Assembly: GCA_045645065.1 (NCBI GenBank)
Contig: JAZRIB010000005.1
Coordinates: 33,746-97,745 of the forward strand
Direction: 5' to 3'
Length of the DNA stretch: 64,000 bases
Origin: Candidatus Enterousia sp.
GTDB taxonomy: Bacteria; Pseudomonadota; Alphaproteobacteria; Rs-D84
Shown here piece by piece: positions 30,790 through 39,555 of the stretch. Position 1 is the stretch's first letter. The number at the start of each line of letters is the position of its first letter. The position numbers and the translations under genes were made by a program. The notes under the pieces were generated by a model. That model saw only the letters and a list, made by a program, of their open reading frames with translations. It did not search any database and had not been told where the DNA came from.

Positions 30790-31137
30790 TTATTTCACTC
30801 TTTCTAATTGTTTGTGTTTCATTACACGAACAATGTTGTCGTATCGTATTTTGCGAATACATTGAACGCCATCTGCTAATGGACATTTATGGAACGTAGT
30901 AGCTGATGTGATAAAAGTATTATTTACCTGGTGGCTGGCCATATATTCAACCGCACCTGTCCATTTTGCAACTTTGTAATCTTTTTGTCTGCAATACGTG
31001 CCATCGTATGGACAATTGTAATCCAGATTTGGTACGCCGTCTTTATAAACCGCCGGTTTTATAGAAAAAGCACGTTCTTGGTTGCGTGTTGCACCACTTA
31101 ACATAATATCCGGGTTAACCAATTTATATTCAGACAT
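30790..31137 (-). CDS. Hypothetical Cys-containing protein (115 aa) between rpsP and rimM
   Basis: ORF with a 1-nt gap to rimM. No family recognised. Confidence 0.4.
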   Translation of the reverse strand: MSEYKLVNPDIMLSGATRNQERAFSIKPAVYKDGVPNLDYNCPYDGTYCRQKDYKVAKWTGAVEYMASHQVNNTFITSATTFHKCPLADGVQCIRKIRYDNIVRVMKHKQLERVK

Positions 31138-31220
31138 AATTATATCCCTTACTAGTTGCTAAATGCCCGACGCGCCAAAAACCGATTTTTTCCAGCGCGT
31201 CGGGCAGGGCAAAAATTATA

Positions 31221-31655
31221 TTATTCTGCAACAGCTTCTGCAGGTGCTGCCGCTTCTGCTTCTGCGGCGGCCTTTGCAGCGGCTTCAGCTGCGGCTTTTT
31301 CTTCTGCGATTTTAGCCAATTTATCTGCTTTATCTTTAATCTTCATCTGTGTTTTTTCAGATTGCAGATGTTTTTTTGTCTGAACTGGAATCGCCTTTGC
31401 TTTTACCAAGCCTGCTTTTGCCAAGAATTTGTGTACACGATCAGATGGCTGTGCACCTTTTGCCAACCAAGCTTTTACTTCGTCGATTTTCAAAGTAACG
31501 CGTTTGTCGCTGTCTTTTGCCTGCATTGGGTCGTATTTACCAACAACTTCCAAAACATTACCTGAATTACGTGCATTGCGTGAATCTGTCACAACAATGT
31601 GATAGTATGGGCGTTTTTTTGCACCGAAACGTGCCAAACGAATAACAGTTGCCAT
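31221..31655 (-). CDS. rpsP: 30S ribosomal protein S16 with KA-rich C-terminal extension
   Basis: MATVIRLARFGAKKRPYYHIVVTDSRNARNSG S16 core. The C-terminal AEAKAA low-complexity tail is typical of alphaproteobacterial S16. Confidence 0.9.
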   Translation of the reverse strand: MATVIRLARFGAKKRPYYHIVVTDSRNARNSGNVLEVVGKYDPMQAKDSDKRVTLKIDEVKAWLAKGAQPSDRVHKFLAKAGLVKAKAIPVQTKKHLQSEKTQMKIKDKADKLAKIAEEKAAAEAAAKAAAEAEAAAPAEAVAE

Positions 31656-31891
31656 AATTTTTGCTCCTTATTTTATTAACTGTTTTAACCACAAAGAAAA
31701 CCGCCATCAAGGATGAAAACTCATCGGATGATGTACCACACGCCTACTGCGAACTGGTGTTGTTATAATGGCAATCTTTGGGATTTGCTGGCGTATTATG
31801 GAATAAAAAATAAACAAAGTCAAATATTTATTAAAGAAATGGTTTTGTACTGGACATTTTGTAATAAATTATATAGAATGCACTGCACATC

Positions 31892-31965
31892 GCGGGCGTA
31901 GTATAATGGTAGAACGAAAGCTTCCCAAGCTTTAGGCGAGGGTTCGATTCCCTTCGCCCGCACCA
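31892..31965 (+). tRNA. tRNA-Gly (anticodon CCC)
   Basis: Acceptor GCGGGCG/CGCCCGC, anticodon stem-loop AAAGC-TTCCCAA-GCTTT, T-arm GAGGGTTCGATTCCCTT, CCA. Terminator at 31966-31998. Confidence 0.85.
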
Positions 31966-31998
31966 GAAATTAACCGGCCTTGTGCCGGTTTAATTGTT

Positions 31999-32157
31999 GG
32001 CTATGCGGCGACGGAATTGAACCCGGCCAAGAGGGTTCGGGGCGCCAGTTGACGAGAACAAGTGAATACGAAGTTCGAGTCTTACGTAGCGAAAGGGGCC
32101 CATGGAGTGAAAACGAACATGGGAATCAGACATTCCCTTCGCCCGCACCAGAAATTA
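31999..32157 (+). repeat. tRNA-linked repeat element, copy G (~150 nt), ending in an exact 26-nt copy (32132-32157) of the tRNA-Gly 3' end plus 7 nt (first copy 31947-31972), followed by its own terminator
   Basis: ATTCCCTTCGCCCGCACCAGAAATTA occurs twice, 26/26 identical. The internal sequence is homologous to elements at 36868-36992 and 60166-60292. Confidence 0.6.
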
Positions 32158-32180
32158 AGCCGACCAATTATGGTCGGCTT

Positions 32181-32609
32181 TTATCTTGATTTGCCTGAAT
32201 TGCGTTTTAAGTTTTTATACGGATCTTTTTTGTGTTTCTTGTTTGTTTCGTCTGGGCGTTTTTTATAGACAGCTTTTATTTGTACCGTGAACACAGTGTT
32301 TTTTATTTCATCACAAATGTCGTATGTGTAATCAGTTTTATAAAGCGTATTTTCTTTCTTTTCGTTGTTGCACGTCTTGTGCATAGGTTGCAGATTTGAT
32401 ATATCGTCGTCGCCACCTTCGGATTTCGGAATAATATGATCCCATGTAAAATCTTTGATGTTATAAATAGGTTCATCGCACCATGGACAGCGTGGGGGTT
32501 GACCGCTGGCAATTAACAGGGCATAAATCTTTTTCAAGTGTTTGCGTGTTAACTGTTTTGGTTCTTGTTCCAGTGTCGTCAGCAACGCCAATAAGTCTTT
32601 CTTTTTCAT
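32181..32609 (-). CDS. HNH endonuclease
   Basis: CPWCDEPI...DHIIPKSEGGDDDISNLQPMHKTCNNEK is a canonical HNH motif. Confidence 0.8.
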   Translation of the reverse strand: MKKKDLLALLTTLEQEPKQLTRKHLKKIYALLIASGQPPRCPWCDEPIYNIKDFTWDHIIPKSEGGDDDISNLQPMHKTCNNEKKENTLYKTDYTYDICDEIKNTVFTVQIKAVYKKRPDETNKKHKKDPYKNLKRNSGKSR

Positions 32610-32627
32610 ATCGGTGATTACGGTTTA

Positions 32628-33743
32628 TTATTTTTCTACTGGGATTTGCAACAGTTGTTTTGGGTAAATCAGATTGGGATTTTCAATATTGTTACGTTCT
32701 GCGATAATGCTGAATAAAATTCCACGGCGCAGGAAATTGCGTGCAATAATCCATAAACAATCGCCACGGCGCACGGTATAGAATGTATCATCATCGCCGG
32801 TCATTTCTGGCATAACAAAGTCGTGATTAACCGTTGCGACTGTGTTTCCATCGCCATCATGCAAACGAATGGACAATTTATATTCTTTGCCACTTTCCAA
32901 TTCGCCGATATCTGCGCCCAGACCAAAATGATGATGGTCTGATACGCGGGCAAAACCCATGTATTTTCCATTCAGTGATAATGATACCCGCAGGCGTGGC
33001 AACGCGTCCCCGGTTACTACTATGCGACCTGTGTCTAAATAGTCAATCTTAGATACTGACAAATCGCCATCGCGCAACATTGTTGGTGCTTGTAACAATG
33101 TACTGCCGTCACGCGTCATTAACAAGGATACAGAATTTTCTGCGCCAACCTCTGACACATATACAAATACTTTGTCTTCGGAATTAATGGTCGGATCTGC
33201 GCCCAATAACGATATTGTGTAATTACCGGCTGAAAAAGGCTTAACAGGCGCATAAACGAATTCGCCAGCAGAATCTGTACGTTCTGTTGCGATGATTTTA
33301 CCGTTCACAACAATTGAAATATTTTGATATGGAACCCAACGACCTGCAATAACAATATTGCCGTTTTTTTCAATGCGCACAATGTCAAAAGACGGTGCTG
33401 TTTTTGTATCAACCGCGTTAACTACTGGTTCTGGGATACTTGGTACAATTAAAACCTTGTGCGTTACAGGGGAACGAACGAATGCAACCCAAATTGCGAT
33501 AAAGATTACAACGATTGCACACAGTATTGGAAACCAATATTCGCGAATTGTGTTGCGTTGATATGTCGCAGGATTGTTATTTTGATTTTCTGGATTTTTG
33601 CGTGCAAATTTATCAATCTTTTTCAAGAATCCACGTGTAAAATTGCGACGATTTTTCAGCCACGCATTTTGCTTTGCAATTGCGTCATCGATAATAGAAT
33701 CTGTGGACTGTTTTTTCTTGGAATCAGTGTTGTTTTTTGACAT
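32628..33743 (-). CDS. LysM-domain membrane protein (371 aa, N-terminal TM, C-terminal LysM)
   Basis: C-terminal YTVRRGDCLWIIARNF...YPKQLLQIP LysM motif. TM helix ILCAIVVIFIAIWVAF. Confidence 0.7.
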   Translation of the reverse strand: MSKNNTDSKKKQSTDSIIDDAIAKQNAWLKNRRNFTRGFLKKIDKFARKNPENQNNNPATYQRNTIREYWFPILCAIVVIFIAIWVAFVRSPVTHKVLIVPSIPEPVVNAVDTKTAPSFDIVRIEKNGNIVIAGRWVPYQNISIVVNGKIIATERTDSAGEFVYAPVKPFSAGNYTISLLGADPTINSEDKVFVYVSEVGAENSVSLLMTRDGSTLLQAPTMLRDGDLSVSKIDYLDTGRIVVTGDALPRLRVSLSLNGKYMGFARVSDHHHFGLGADIGELESGKEYKLSIRLHDGDGNTVATVNHDFVMPEMTGDDDTFYTVRRGDCLWIIARNFLRRGILFSIIAERNNIENPNLIYPKQLLQIPVEK

Positions 33744-33847
33744 ATCAAAACCCTTATGTATAATTGCTAGACAAAATGTAGCAAATTATATTTCTTTGTC
33801 AACTTGTTTATGATATAATCAATTCTGTGGAAATAAAAGGCGTGAAA

Positions 33848-34933
33848 ATGAAAAAGAAAAAAATAGGCATAATGACAACTGGTGGCGATTGCAGCGGACT
33901 GAACACAGTTATACATCGTATTATTCGTGGTGCACATTTGCGCAATTGGCGTGTGATTGGTATTCTGGATGGAACAGACGGCCTGTGTGGTACGCCCCGT
34001 ACAATTGAATTAACCGAAGATGTTTTGCCTATTGAAAACGCCCGCCTTTCTGGCAGTTTTTTGCACAACGGTCATGCCGGCGCATTAAATTTTGAAACAG
34101 CGATTGCCCGTAACAAGGTCACGCAATTTAATAAACAGTTGCGTAAATCACTAATTGAACTAAAACTGGATGCATTGATTTTGATTGGCGGTAATGGCAG
34201 TACGTCTTTGGCATGGGCAAATCGTGAAATATACCAAGATGTGCAATTTATTTGCATTCCAAAAACAATTGATATGGATATGCCACTAACAGACCGTACA
34301 ATTGGTTTTGATACTGCTGTTCAACAATTAACATCGTTCTGTGATCAATTAATGTTAACCGCGCGCAGTCATCATCGTTGGTTTGTTGTTCAGACAATGG
34401 GGCGCGATTGTGGGAATTTAGCATTGAATGCCGGTGTTGCTGTTGGTGCATCTGCAATCTTGATACCTGAAATTAAATTTAATGTCGATGATTTAGTAGA
34501 ACATATTAAAAACGCCACAACCGACTATGGCATTATAATGGTTGCAGAAGGTATTACCCTGCGTGGTCATTCGGGCAGACCTGCGGATATGATTTCGCGC
34601 AAATTAACAGCGGCTGGCATTTCAAACCGTACTGCGTTTCCAGAACATACCCAGCGCGCAGGTGACACAACCGCTTCAGACAGAATATTGGCCACGAAAT
34701 TTGCAGAATGTGCATTAAAAGCAATCGAAAACGGCGAAACATATGTTGTTACTGTCCAAGAATGTGGTGAATGCAGAACTGTATCGTTGCCTGAATTTGT
34801 GTCTGCGGGCGAATGCGTGATTGACCCAAAAATACCTGGTTTATACACGTCTAATGCGTATGTTGAACCTGATGATCCGTTGTTGTCGGTTGCCCAGGGT
34901 ATGGGAATTTATATTGGGAATAAACATAAATAA
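33848..34933 (+). CDS. pfkA: ATP-dependent 6-phosphofructokinase
   Basis: IGIMTTGGDCSGLN, GGNGS and MGR motifs. Start at the second ATG (33848). Confidence 0.85.
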   Translation: MKKKKIGIMTTGGDCSGLNTVIHRIIRGAHLRNWRVIGILDGTDGLCGTPRTIELTEDVLPIENARLSGSFLHNGHAGALNFETAIARNKVTQFNKQLRKSLIELKLDALILIGGNGSTSLAWANREIYQDVQFICIPKTIDMDMPLTDRTIGFDTAVQQLTSFCDQLMLTARSHHRWFVVQTMGRDCGNLALNAGVAVGASAILIPEIKFNVDDLVEHIKNATTDYGIIMVAEGITLRGHSGRPADMISRKLTAAGISNRTAFPEHTQRAGDTTASDRILATKFAECALKAIENGETYVVTVQECGECRTVSLPEFVSAGECVIDPKIPGLYTSNAYVEPDDPLLSVAQGMGIYIGNKHK

Positions 34934-34945
34934 TATTTTTGTTTT

Positions 34946-36103
34946 CTATGCGTTTTGACCTGCAACACGTCCACTGGCCCATGCCCATTGCAGGTTAAAT
35001 CCACCCAAATCACCTGTAATATCTAATACTTCGCCTGCAAAAAACAGACCCGGACATAGTTTTGATTCCATTGTCTTGGATGATACTTCGTCGGTTGATA
35101 TGCCACCGCGAACAATTTCTGCGCTTTGCATATTGTACAGTTTAATGTCATGACCCGCGATATATAGTTTGTTGATTTTGTCGGCAATTGCGTGAATTTC
35201 GCTGTCCCGCCAATCTGCAATATTACGCGTGTCATTATGTGCAAAATATCTGGCAACACGTACCGGTAAGTATTCGGATAATATGGTTGCAATATTGCGT
35301 TTGCCATTTGTTTGTTTTGCGCGTTTTAACGTTTCAAAAATATCCACGCCCGGACACAGGTTTATTGTTATGCCATTCGATATATCACGAACACTGGCAC
35401 GATAGACTGCCGGCCCACCGATGCCAAAATGCGTAAACAGCATTGCGTCCAGAATCTTTTCACGTCCAATTGTAATTTCCACGTCCAACGAAATACCTGC
35501 TAATTCTGGGCCAAAGATTTGCGTTGCCATTGCGCACAGGGCAGGGCGCACAGGTACAATTTTATGCCCGAATTGTTTAGCGATTTTATATCCAAAATCT
35601 GATACCGCCAACGTTCCGAACGAAGTGCCACCCGTCGCAATAATCAGCGCATCGGATTGAAAATCAGAATTGTTTGCCCGAACCACAAATTTATCATCTT
35701 GCCGTGCCACAGATTCCACCGAATGATTATATCTGATGTCTGCGCCCGATGCGTCGGTCAACAATGCAGAAACAACTGTATTTGCCCCATCGGCACAAAA
35801 ATAACGTCCCGGTGTTTTTTCATACAGTTTTATTTTGTGGTTTTCGCACCATTGTAACACGTCAGATGGCCGGACACGGCTTAGCGCGCCACATACAAAG
35901 TTTGGATTTTCGCCAAAGTATCGTGTGACACCGGCGGCCATATTTGTAATGTTGCAATTTCCACCCCCAGACGCGGCCACTTTGCGTGCCGGCATACTTC
36001 CCATGTCCAGGATTAATGTACGTCGTTTGCGTGACACTAATTCGCCTGCTGCGGCCAATCCAGCGGCCCCTGCACCAATGATAATGACGTCATAATGTTT
36101 CAT
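34946..36103 (-). CDS. HI0933/BaiN-family FAD-dependent flavoprotein
   Basis: N-terminal YDVIIIGAGAAGLAAA Rossmann motif and family-typical length (385 aa). Confidence 0.75.
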   Translation of the reverse strand: MKHYDVIIIGAGAAGLAAAGELVSRKRRTLILDMGSMPARKVAASGGGNCNITNMAAGVTRYFGENPNFVCGALSRVRPSDVLQWCENHKIKLYEKTPGRYFCADGANTVVSALLTDASGADIRYNHSVESVARQDDKFVVRANNSDFQSDALIIATGGTSFGTLAVSDFGYKIAKQFGHKIVPVRPALCAMATQIFGPELAGISLDVEITIGREKILDAMLFTHFGIGGPAVYRASVRDISNGITINLCPGVDIFETLKRAKQTNGKRNIATILSEYLPVRVARYFAHNDTRNIADWRDSEIHAIADKINKLYIAGHDIKLYNMQSAEIVRGGISTDEVSSKTMESKLCPGLFFAGEVLDITGDLGGFNLQWAWASGRVAGQNA

Positions 36104-36107
36104 AGAA

Positions 36108-36656
36108 TTATCGTTTAGGGATAATGTTATTTTGAATATGCATAATCAATTTTAGCATATTTTTATCTGGATAACGATTAATAATTTCATCTGTGTTATT
36201 TTGAATTTCTTGGTTGGCAACCCTAAAAACATCTCCCATCGTCATTTGTTGCACGATTTCGATACGCTGTGCGCCACATTGGTACAGCTTGTTTTTATCA
36301 ATGCAACGTTGTTTATAAACTTGCGTCAGCGGATTAATTTCAAAAAAATAAACTTCTTGGTATGGTGATGTCAGCCCCATCCCAACATAGTACCACATAA
36401 GCATGTCAATAGTATTATCGGAAAAATGAATCACAGGCAGATGTGTTTGCAAAGACACTCTTGGATGCGCGGCTCCTGATTTAGAATACCACTGACACCA
36501 TTCATAAGGTTTTCCTTTTGCAGTAAATTGGCGTCCTGGATAAATATCTTCAATCTCAGATATGTAAAACTCGTCCATAAAACGAGAGTTCTGGACCGAT
36601 ACCATCTTAAAAAATCGTTTGTTTTCTTGCTGTTTCATAAAAAAGATGGTATACAA
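36108..36656 (-). CDS. Hypothetical protein, member of a local two-gene paralog family (182 aa)
   Basis: Clear similarity to the ORF at 37064-37591 (PGRQF.AK.K, VPV.HF.DN.iDmLMWY, W.CG...IEIV, EII.RYP). Confidence 0.45.
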   Translation of the reverse strand: MYTIFFMKQQENKRFFKMVSVQNSRFMDEFYISEIEDIYPGRQFTAKGKPYEWCQWYSKSGAAHPRVSLQTHLPVIHFSDNTIDMLMWYYVGMGLTSPYQEVYFFEINPLTQVYKQRCIDKNKLYQCGAQRIEIVQQMTMGDVFRVANQEIQNNTDEIINRYPDKNMLKLIMHIQNNIIPKR

Positions 36657-36744
36657 TTATGTTTGTTTGTCAAGTTGTAAAAAGATAATTTTTCCCACTT
36701 GCAATTATATTTATGATTATATATAATACGCAACGCAACCACAC

Positions 36745-36832
36745 GGAGCGTTGGCAGAGTGGTAATGCAGCAGATTGCTAATCTGTGACCGGTATTATCG
36801 GTCCATAGGTTCGAGTCCTATACGCTCCGCCA
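36745..36832 (+). tRNA. tRNA-Ser (anticodon GCT)
   Basis: Acceptor GGAGCGT/ACGCTCC, anticodon loop in CAGATTGCTAATCTG, long variable arm, T-arm GGTTCGAGTCC, CCA. Confidence 0.85.
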
Positions 36833-36867
36833 TAAAAATTCAACCCACCTTTTGGTGGGTTTAATTT

Positions 36868-37021
36868 TTATAAAGGAAAGTTGGACGAGAACCGTCAAGG
36901 TTCGATACGGAGTAGATTTGGCAAACGTAGTACAGCCAAATCGTCACGAGTGGAGAGGGGTATCCCCGCCCACTGTGTGGGCAGGGGAGTCCAGTCCTAT
37001 ACGCTCCGCCATAAAAATTCA
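36868..37021 (+). repeat. tRNA-linked repeat element, copy A (~125 nt), plus an exact 29-nt copy (36993-37021) of the tRNA-Ser(GCT) 3' end (first copy 36814-36842); possibly a degenerate pseudo-tRNA-Ser
   Basis: AGTCCTATACGCTCCGCCATAAAAATTCA is duplicated 29/29. The internal sequence GGTTCGATACGGAGTAGATTTGGCAAACGTAGTACAGCCAAATCGT is homologous to copy B at 60190-60240. Confidence 0.6.
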
Positions 37022-37063
37022 CCCCACCGCAAGGTAGGGTTAATTTTTTTGTCTCAGAATTAT

Positions 37064-37591
37064 TTACTTTGTTGCCTGGTTTTTTATTTTTGCACAATAT
37101 GCAATCATATCATAGTGTGGATATCGTGCGATTATTTCTGTGGGGTTTTGTGCTATTTCTTTGCATGCGTCTTGTGCCACCTGGGCCAGTGTGGTTTCCC
37201 TGACTATTTCAATTTTATTACATCCACATTGCCACAGTCTTGTTTCATCTGGAACGCGATTTTTATACACTTTCCCATGTGGTTTTATTTCAAAAAAATG
37301 TATTGTTTTTTCTGTGTCCTCAAAGAAATCCATAACTTCCCAATACCACATCAGTATATCAAGTGCGTTATCGCAAAAATGAAACACAGGCACCGATGCC
37401 AATACGCCAAAACGTTTGTAGGTATCTTTGAATTTTGCAACAAACTGACGTCCGGGTGTATATTCTTTGAAATCAGTAATGTTAAATGCTGCGCTTAAAC
37501 CATCTATAATGAATGGGTCGCGCCACATCATTTTATATGACTTGGTCATCAATGGTTTTTGTGTATCTATAGTATTCTTAGATTGTGTCAT
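37064..37591 (-). CDS. Hypothetical protein, paralog of 36108-36656 (175 aa)
   Basis: See the paralog entry above. Confidence 0.45.
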   Translation of the reverse strand: MTQSKNTIDTQKPLMTKSYKMMWRDPFIIDGLSAAFNITDFKEYTPGRQFVAKFKDTYKRFGVLASVPVFHFCDNALDILMWYWEVMDFFEDTEKTIHFFEIKPHGKVYKNRVPDETRLWQCGCNKIEIVRETTLAQVAQDACKEIAQNPTEIIARYPHYDMIAYCAKIKNQATK

Positions 37592-37779
37592 TTTTTATCT
37601 TTTTTTGTTGTTGTTCTTACAGAATAAATGTTTTTGTCAAATTGTCCAGCATAATTTTGACACAGGGTCTTGTGTATTTACCCGTTGCTATATTATTGCA
37701 AAAGGAATATAATCGTAACATCTGTCGCATATTCTAATATGCACGTTCGGTTTTTACAAAAAAAAAGAAAGGAGAAAAC

Positions 37780-38298
37780 ATGAAAAAAACAGCGTTTTTG
37801 TTATTGCCACTGGCATTGGCCGCGTGCGGAACAACATATCATACGGGTCGTATGGGTGCTACGATTGGTGGTGTTGATATGCAATTTATTCCGAAACAGG
37901 CAAAAATCAATGTTGATACAGACAAAAGAATAACAGGAACTGCTAAATGTACGTCAAATTTCTGGTTTTTTGAATCTGCACCCGAACGTCAAGCGTATGG
38001 TCCAGGCCTGCAAGAAGATGCTGGTAACTTTGCATCTAAGGCATGTATGGCGGCGGCAATGTATGACGCAATCAGTAAAACAAACGCTGACATCTTGGTT
38101 GCGCCACAATATACCGCGGTTCAAGATGGTGTGTTCTGCTTTGGTCGCAGATGTTTGCACGGCACGACCCAAGTCATAGTTTCTGGTTTTTCTGGAAAAA
38201 TATCATCTGTAACAGACGTTGACCCAGAAGTTGTCAAAGAATTACAGAAAGGTGCCGCTAGCAAAGAAGAAAAATCCAGTTTTCCATCGTTGTTCTAA
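37780..38298 (+). CDS. Lipoprotein, hypothetical (172 aa)
   Basis: Lipobox LALAACG after the signal peptide. Four Cys residues. Confidence 0.5.
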   Translation: MKKTAFLLLPLALAACGTTYHTGRMGATIGGVDMQFIPKQAKINVDTDKRITGTAKCTSNFWFFESAPERQAYGPGLQEDAGNFASKACMAAAMYDAISKTNADILVAPQYTAVQDGVFCFGRRCLHGTTQVIVSGFSGKISSVTDVDPEVVKELQKGAASKEEKSSFPSLF

Positions 38299-38320
38299 CA
38301 ATCAAGAATAAGGATAAATA

Positions 38321-39346
38321 ATGAAAAAATTATACACATCTGTATTGTGTATGACTTTGCTTGCGCCAATTGTGGCACAGGCAGAAATCTGCACAGATTT
38401 TGACGAAGATTTTAACATTATTGAATTTGACTGCGCCGAAGGTGTTAATGCTGCCCGTAAACGTATTGCCGCAGAATCCAAAAAGGCACAAGAGCAATAT
38501 CAGGCGGTTGCCGAAGATTTGCGCAAAGCAGAAGAGTTGTTAAAACAAGAAAGGGAAAAGCGTGGGGCGTTGGAGGCTATTAGTGTCGAATACGAAAAAC
38601 AGGTGGCTGCTGCTCGCGCTGAAAGCGACAAACAAGTCAAGCTTGAATCAGAACGCCTTGCCGAAGATTTGCGCAAAGTCGAAGACCAGTTAAAACAAGA
38701 AAAAGCAAAACGCAGAGCCTTAGAAAATGAAAAAATTGTATCGGATTTAGCCAAAACTGGCGGATGGAAGGTTATCGCAGGTCTAGGGGTAACTGGCTGG
38801 GTTGGTCCCAATGTGACCGCAGATGCTTTTCAGGGGCGTGATGTAAGCGGTTGGACGGTTTATAACGCAGACTATAATGCGAATGGTATTGGTTTTACAG
38901 CGTCATTGGGCGCGCGATACTATTTTAATCAAAGCAACAAATGGTTTTCTCAGATAAGTTTGTCTGTTGCTTCTGGCTATAATCATGAGGTTCAGATTAA
39001 CACCATCGAGCCGCCTCAGGGCGTCATTTCAAGCGCGCCGCAATTGTCTGAAATCAAAATAAATGATTTTATGTACATTGACGCAATCGTTGGGCGCCTG
39101 GTTTTGGATAAAACCTACTTATATGGTCGGTTTGGGTTTGGTGCAATGGATTATGATATGGGCGATTACGAGACAGCATATCCAGATTTCGAGCCCTATG
39201 CAGGTGCATGCATGTTTGGTCTTGGATTGGAACATAACGTGTGGCAGGGGTTGTTTGCTTATGCTGAAATGAATGTGTTGGTTGGTGACTTCTTTTTAGG
39301 AGATCATTTCTTGAAATTTGATTTAGGCGTCAAATATCAGTTCTAA
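38321..39346 (+). CDS. Outer-membrane protein with N-terminal periplasmic coiled-coil and C-terminal beta-barrel
   Basis: Signal peptide, two tandem coiled-coil repeats (AEDLRKAEELLKQEREKRGALE / AEDLRKVEDQLKQEKAKRRALE), Gly/aromatic-rich strands and an OMP-type C-terminal signature ...LGVKYQF. Terminator at 39347-39385. Confidence 0.55.
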   Translation: MKKLYTSVLCMTLLAPIVAQAEICTDFDEDFNIIEFDCAEGVNAARKRIAAESKKAQEQYQAVAEDLRKAEELLKQEREKRGALEAISVEYEKQVAAARAESDKQVKLESERLAEDLRKVEDQLKQEKAKRRALENEKIVSDLAKTGGWKVIAGLGVTGWVGPNVTADAFQGRDVSGWTVYNADYNANGIGFTASLGARYYFNQSNKWFSQISLSVASGYNHEVQINTIEPPQGVISSAPQLSEIKINDFMYIDAIVGRLVLDKTYLYGRFGFGAMDYDMGDYETAYPDFEPYAGACMFGLGLEHNVWQGLFAYAEMNVLVGDFFLGDHFLKFDLGVKYQF

Positions 39347-39555
39347 GAACCACATAACAACCCGCCATGTGGCGGGTTTTTCTTTGACTTGACTTTTATT
39401 GGCGGTCTGTGCCAGAATGCATCTGACATGACAATACGTTTTATCAATTTTTACTGTTGTTGTTAATCATTGCATTTTTGCAAACTGATTTTGTTTGCAT
39501 TTAAATAACCTGTTTACTAAACTCTACACATAAAATTAACAAAGGAAGAACGCAT

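Noticed and set aside
31156-31383. Plus-strand 75 aa ORF rich in Ala/Ser
   Set aside because: It is antisense to the low-complexity KA-rich tail of rpsP, so it is an artefact of repeat composition.
36868-36992. tRNA-Sec or other long-arm tRNA interpretation of element A
   Set aside because: The acceptor 5' strand (GGAGTAG) pairs only partly with the 3' strand (ACGCTCC), and no TCA anticodon loop could be placed. It is more consistent with a degenerate or chimeric tRNA-Ser copy.
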